Shown in pieces: positions 63,924 through 64,000 of a stretch of 64,000 nucleotides of DNA. The notes under the pieces were generated by a model that was given only the letters and a program-made list of their open reading frames with translations, was not told the DNA's origin and did not search any database. Position 1 is the stretch's first letter. The number at the start of each line of letters is the position of its first letter. The DNA comes from Heterodontus francisci. Taxonomy: Eukaryota. A program made the translations under genes and the position numbers. Where the stretch lies: contig NC_090416.1 in NCBI RefSeq assembly GCF_036365525.1, positions 16,526,945-16,590,944 of the forward strand. Reading direction: 5' to 3'.

Positions 63924-64000
63924 TATGTAGCCTGCTGAGTATTCCGCGGCAGCACAGTAATAGACGGCGGAGTCTCCCGGTTCCAAGCTGCCGATGGTCA
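63924..64000 (-). CDS. IgL cluster 4 V exon, 3' part only (truncated by window end)
   Basis: TIGSLEPGDSAVYYCAAAEYSAGYI followed by RSS. Confidence 0.93.

Larger units (their letters stand above)
1..64000. repeat. Tandem segmental array of ~4 units (15.6-17.3 kb), each with one Ig light-chain cluster
   Basis: C-exon stop codons at 12364, 27971, 44568, 61843; plus-strand octamers at 673, 17208, 33173, 49769; same element order in each unit, with substitutions and presence/absence insertions between copies. Confidence 0.97.

Noticed and set aside
1-64000. Array as an assembly duplication artefact
   Set aside because: Units differ by many substitutions, CDR sequences, VNTR lengths and unit-specific insertions.

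Overview
Vertebrate (cartilaginous fish) genomic DNA. The window is a head-to-tail array of about four copies of a 15.6-17.3 kb unit. Each unit carries one immunoglobulin light-chain cluster on the minus strand: octamer promoter, leader, V with 12-bp RSS, 23-bp RSS with J, C and poly(A) signal, about 2.6 kb from ATG to stop. The proteins match the shark type I (sigma-cart/NS5-like) light chain, most like horn shark Heterodontus as I recall it; the species was not checked by search. Clusters 1-3 are complete and unrearranged; cluster 4 is cut off inside V by the window end. The rest of each unit is retroelement-rich: a full-length but disabled CR1-clade LINE, older CR1/L2 fragments, tRNA-derived SINEs, Penelope-like fragments with hammerhead ribozyme motifs, and 26-, 33- and 39-bp VNTRs. 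The main hidden feature is that every unit also appears to hold a second, decayed light-chain-like gene on the plus strand. It has a well-preserved copy of the octamer promoter about 2-2.5 kb from, and back-to-back with, the functional promoter. A degenerate leader, a decayed V-like exon and a 110-nt C-like mini-exon ending T-x-C-S-E-stop follow in the correct order, separated by SINE/LINE insertions. Shared mutations among the units are mutually incompatible, which points to gene conversion or unequal crossover.
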